Made by a program: the position numbers and the translations under genes
The notes under the pieces: generated by a model
What the model was told of the DNA's origin: nothing
Database searches by the model: none
The model's input: the letters and a program-made list of their open reading frames with translations, nothing else
NCBI GenBank assembly: GCA_023129115.1
Contig: JAGMCR010000007.1
Span: forward strand, 1 to 16,802
Reading direction: 5' to 3'
Source: Candidatus Iainarchaeum sp.
GTDB taxonomy: Archaea; B1Sed10-29; WALL01
DNA length: 16,802 bases
In this document: positions 13,556 through 16,802 of the stretch, piece by piece
Position numbering within the stretch: position 1 is the first letter of the stretch
How the letters are laid out: each line of letters starts with the position of its first letter

Positions 13556-15861
13556 CACTCACCACCCCCGTTCTCGACAATTTTTTCGTCCGGCAGCTGC
13601 TCTTCCTCCGGCTCGTCGTCGCCATTGGCTTCCTCGTACTTCTTGTTCACCAATTCAAGCAGCTTCAGTTCCAGGTCCTTCTTATTGTCGCCCGACAGGC
13701 CCGAGACCGCCCCGGCCACTTCCGGCACGTACCTGAGCAGCGTAGCGCGCTTCGCGGCCTTCTCGCCCTTCTTTACCTTGCGGCGGATGTAGCTGCTAAC
13801 GTTCCGCCCGACCTCCATCAGCGCCAGGGCGATTTCCTTGCGAATCTCTTCTTCATCACTAATCGCCTGCTTGCCCGCCGAAGTGTAGGGCACGTAAGCA
13901 GACGTCACGTTCACGAGTATGGTCACCGGGGTCTCCTCGAGCTTCCTCAGCGAGTACCGCTTCCAGTCAATGTCGTTGACCACCTTTGTAATCACGTCGC
14001 CGCCCGCGTCGAACAGCAGTGGCGCGCGGTTCGCGAACCGCATCACCTCGGCCTTCGCGGACTCGCCGCTGCCCCTGCCCGCTTTCCCGCCGAACGCAAT
14101 CCCGACCTCGACAATGAACGGGACGCCGCCGCGGTAGACGCTTGGCGTCCTGGTCCTGACGGAGTGGAACTCCGGCTCCAGGACATTGAGCACTGCCTTT
14201 TCAATCTGCTTCTCGCCAATCGGGTAAAGGTTCGCGGTGTTCGGCGCGAGGAACTTCACTTTCTTGATTGCGTCGACGATTTCCTCTGCGTCGCGCCACG
14301 AGATGCTGTCCGGCTTGCGCTTGAAGTCGATGCTCGTGAGCTTCTCGACCTCGTCCGCCTTCGCCGAGCTCATGCGGTCGAACGTCTGCGTAAGGAAGCT
14401 TTTAATCGTCCGCTCCTTCGCGTGCTGCGCGTACTCCAGCAAATCGTCCACCGTAATGCCCCGCGGGTGGGGCTTCGACGGCTTGGGCTGCTTCGGCAGG
14501 ATGTGCACGGCGCGCTCGTAGACAAACCTTTGCTTGTCCGGCGCAGTGAAAACAATTTTGGCGTGTGGGTTCGCGACCGCAGTGCGGCGGATGTATTCCG
14601 CGGGGCTGTACTCGCTCCAGTTGAAGGTGACGTCCTTGAACTCGGCGATGACTTTGGTGCCCTGCATGTCGCCGGCGTACTCGACCTCTTTCGACACGAG
14701 GGCGCGGTTGTTCTTGACGTCGAACATGACCTCGGCCTCGTAAATCTTGCCCTTCTTCGGAGACGTGATTATCTTGGTCGGCTTTCCCGTCGTGATTTGG
14801 CTGTACATGGTGCAGCCTGAGTTGTGGACCAGTACGTTATTGGCGATGAAGTTGTGTCCCTTTCCTATTTCCAGGTCGTAGACCGGGTCGCGGCCGTTTC
14901 GTTTTTGTTTGACTGACTTGACTTTTGCCCACTTCACGTCGCTTGAGGCAATGGTGTCAAGCCACTCGATTACGCCTTCTTCAACGCCGTTCTTTTGGAG
15001 TATGGCTATTGCGTCGAGGAAGCTGTTCCTGGACAGGCCATTGTAGAGCCCGCTGTAGACGTTGGGTGGCAAGTCAGAGTTGAGGGGTATGCCCGCTTCT
15101 TTGAACAGGGCTTTCAACGGCTTGTGAATTGTTGGAATACTGTCTGCCTTTTTGTCAAAGTAGTCAATCAAGGGCTTAGGCTTTTTGCCTGGCTTTGAAG
15201 AAGGGATTTTGTTGGGGATTGCAATGAAATCGCCTTCCCGTAGTTCTTGAGCCTCTTTCCAATCAATTGCCCCCCCACTGATGCACAACACGGGGTTCTC
15301 TGGAGTAAGTTTAATTTCCCGCCCGTAAGAAGTTTTTATGTCAATTAGCTTGTTGTTGTTAAGCTTCCAACACTTCGTGATTTTTTCTTCTTCAATTTTG
15401 AGTGTTTCCGGGTTGAGGGCCCACACCATTTCTCCCACTGCATTATCTTCTACAAGCTGCTTTATTGGGAGGACCCTGCCATCAACCATCGGCACTTGAA
15501 CGTCACCAGGCATGCACGCCCCAATCCCCTGCTGGCCGCGCTGCTGCACGAAGCGGTGGAACTTCGTGCCCGCAAGCATCTGCGCGAACACGCGCCCCAC
15601 GTGCATCTTGGGGATGCCGGGCCCGTTGTCCGTGGCCGTCACGCGGTAGTGCTCGTTCCCGAGCTGCTCTATCTTGACGTGGACTTCGGGGAGGATGCCT
15701 GCTTCTTCACAGGCGTCAAGCGAATTCGTGCAATACTCGTGCACAATCGTTGTCAGGCTCCTTATCTTCCCCGAGTAGCCAAGCATCTGCCTGTTCTTCT
15801 TGAAGAACTCTGCGACGCTGTGCTCCCTGAATTCCTTGAAAATCGTGTCTGCCTTGGTCAT
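13555..15861 (-). CDS. top6B: DNA topoisomerase VI subunit B, intein-containing
   Basis: SVAEFF.KN.QMLG, VHEYCTNSLDACEE, DNGPGI, RGQQGIG (GHKL), RFANRAPLL, VPYTSAGKQAI; start at 15861 (ATGA overlap) or 15867. Confidence 0.96.
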   Translation of the reverse strand: MTKADTIFKEFREHSVAEFFKKNRQMLGYSGKIRSLTTIVHEYCTNSLDACEEAGILPEVHVKIEQLGNEHYRVTATDNGPGIPKMHVGRVFAQMLAGTKFHRFVQQRGQQGIGACMPGDVQVPMVDGRVLPIKQLVEDNAVGEMVWALNPETLKIEEEKITKCWKLNNNKLIDIKTSYGREIKLTPENPVLCISGGAIDWKEAQELREGDFIAIPNKIPSSKPGKKPKPLIDYFDKKADSIPTIHKPLKALFKEAGIPLNSDLPPNVYSGLYNGLSRNSFLDAIAILQKNGVEEGVIEWLDTIASSDVKWAKVKSVKQKRNGRDPVYDLEIGKGHNFIANNVLVHNSGCTMYSQITTGKPTKIITSPKKGKIYEAEVMFDVKNNRALVSKEVEYAGDMQGTKVIAEFKDVTFNWSEYSPAEYIRRTAVANPHAKIVFTAPDKQRFVYERAVHILPKQPKPSKPHPRGITVDDLLEYAQHAKERTIKSFLTQTFDRMSSAKADEVEKLTSIDFKRKPDSISWRDAEEIVDAIKKVKFLAPNTANLYPIGEKQIEKAVLNVLEPEFHSVRTRTPSVYRGGVPFIVEVGIAFGGKAGRGSGESAKAEVMRFANRAPLLFDAGGDVITKVVNDIDWKRYSLRKLEETPVTILVNVTSAYVPYTSAGKQAISDEEEIRKEIALALMEVGRNVSSYIRRKVKKGEKAAKRATLLRYVPEVAGAVSGLSGDNKKDLELKLLELVNKKYEEANGDDEPEEEQLPDEKIVENGGGE
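14821..15516 (-). mobile_element. Intein in Top6B (232 aa), no recognisable endonuclease
   Basis: Junctions GQQGIGA|CMPGD ... LTPENPV (block B) ... VYDLEI..GHNFIANNVLVHN|SG; visibly more AT-rich than the exteins. Confidence 0.93.
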
Positions 15862-16382
15862 ATCCATCCGCCCTGTTTCTTTTGGATGTCCTTGTAAACG
15901 TCCCCGTGCGGCGTGCCGGTCGCGATTTTGGCGACCGACTCCGCGGCAAGCTCCACCGCCATTGCATCGCCGATTATGGCGACTGTCTTGCCCTGAATGC
16001 TAATGTGCGTCCCGGTGTACTCCTCAAGCATGTGGCGCGCTTTCCCCTTGGTGCCGATGAGCCGGGCCCTCTGCCGCAGCAAGTCCTTGTCGTTCCGCAC
16101 CAGGTCCCGGAGCTCGACCTCGCGGAGGTAGATGTCGTCCGAGAGCAGCTCGAGCGCGTCCCCGAGCGGAAAGCCCAGCGCAATGGCCTTGACCACGTCC
16201 ACTGCCTTGAGTGCCATCGAAGCGTTTTCATCAGTCCTTTTTATCCTTACCTCGCCGGTCTTGCTGTCGATTTCAAGATTAAGGCCTGTACGCTCTTCGA
16301 TAAGCTTTTTGGTCTTTCCCTGTTCCCCGATAAGTGCGCCCAGCCGTTCCTGGGGAACAAGAACGATTTCCTCGTAATCCAT
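15858..16382 (-). CDS. KH-domain pre-rRNA processing protein (archaeal Dim2/Pno1-like)
   Basis: Two KH domains: ERLGALIGEQGKTKK and ARLIGTKGKAR..LEE.T; VKAIALGF and G.PHG.VY motifs; usual position upstream of top6B. Confidence 0.9.
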   Translation of the reverse strand: MDYEEIVLVPQERLGALIGEQGKTKKLIEERTGLNLEIDSKTGEVRIKRTDENASMALKAVDVVKAIALGFPLGDALELLSDDIYLREVELRDLVRNDKDLLRQRARLIGTKGKARHMLEEYTGTHISIQGKTVAIIGDAMAVELAAESVAKIATGTPHGDVYKDIQKKQGGWI

Positions 16383-16519
16383 ATCCCAAATTCCACCTGT
16401 TCCCTTGTATATTCCTTTTCTCTTTGTGCCTTTATATACCTTTCGGCTCTAAAATGCCGAGAAAAGCAGGTTTTACCACAGAATTCGGCGATTTCGCCCG
16501 GCTGGTCCCTGGTTTTGTA

Positions 16520-16545
16520 ATATCCGATAGATATATATAGGATAT
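16520..16545. promoter_or_regulatory. Imperfect 26-bp palindrome over the TATA-like region of the RHH gene
   Basis: atatccgatagat|atatataggatat, 11 of 13 positions symmetric. Confidence 0.45.
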
Positions 16546-16561
16546 AGCCATTTATAAACCC

Positions 16562-16774
16562 ATGTCAAAAGTCCTTGTTTCCATGCCCAAGCAAATGCTT
16601 GACGCGGTGGACCGGCTGGTCTCGATGGGCTACTACGCGTCGAGGTCAGAGGCAATCCGGGACGGGCTGCGCCTGCTGTTCCAGTCGCACGAGGGCGAGC
16701 CCCCGCTGTCTGGCGACGAGCTGATGGACTTTGTGGAGGCCATGGGCGGCCCGAGGGACTTCAGCTATAGCTGA
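16562..16774 (+). CDS. Ribbon-helix-helix (CopG/Arc/MetJ family) transcriptional regulator
   Basis: KVLVSMPKQMLDAVDRLVSMGYYASRSEAIRDGLRLL is a canonical RHH signature. Confidence 0.88.
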   Translation: MSKVLVSMPKQMLDAVDRLVSMGYYASRSEAIRDGLRLLFQSHEGEPPLSGDELMDFVEAMGGPRDFSYS

Positions 16775-16802
16775 GGGCTAGTGTACTACCCACGCCCCTA
16801 TC

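Noticed and set aside
13549-14820. 423-aa plus-strand ORF
   Set aside because: Antisense shadow of GC-rich top6B; it ends at the intein boundary, where base composition changes
16761-16774. Perfect 14-bp palindrome tcagctatagctga at the RHH stop
   Set aside because: Single short occurrence inside coding sequence with no supporting context

Overview
Archaeal chromosomal window, GC-rich core, probably from an uncultured euryarchaeal or DPANN-type lineage (inferred from gene content and TATA/BRE promoters). Left to right: an AT-rich RelE/RHH toxin-antitoxin pair; a membrane protein; a stand-alone 5S rRNA directly downstream of an 89-aa single-repeat ('half') TATA-binding protein; the rpl21e-rpo4-DUF655-rsmA cluster followed by an LDH-like malate dehydrogenase; a UPF0104-like membrane protein; an orphan; a 37-aa membrane peptide; an EamA transporter; a pilin-signal/Cys-rich-repeat/beta-propeller surface protein; a structured repeat region duplicating the 3' end of tRNA-Asn(GTT); DUF1699; the KH(Dim2)-top6B-top6A operon with an intein in each topoisomerase VI subunit; and a divergent RHH regulator. 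The most unusual items are the half-TBP with tandem symmetric TATA boxes, the Top6A intein carrying LAGLIDADG plus an extra winged helix, the tRNA-linked hairpin repeat family and the chimeric pilin-adhesin. All calls come from reading the sequence by eye; no database searches were run.
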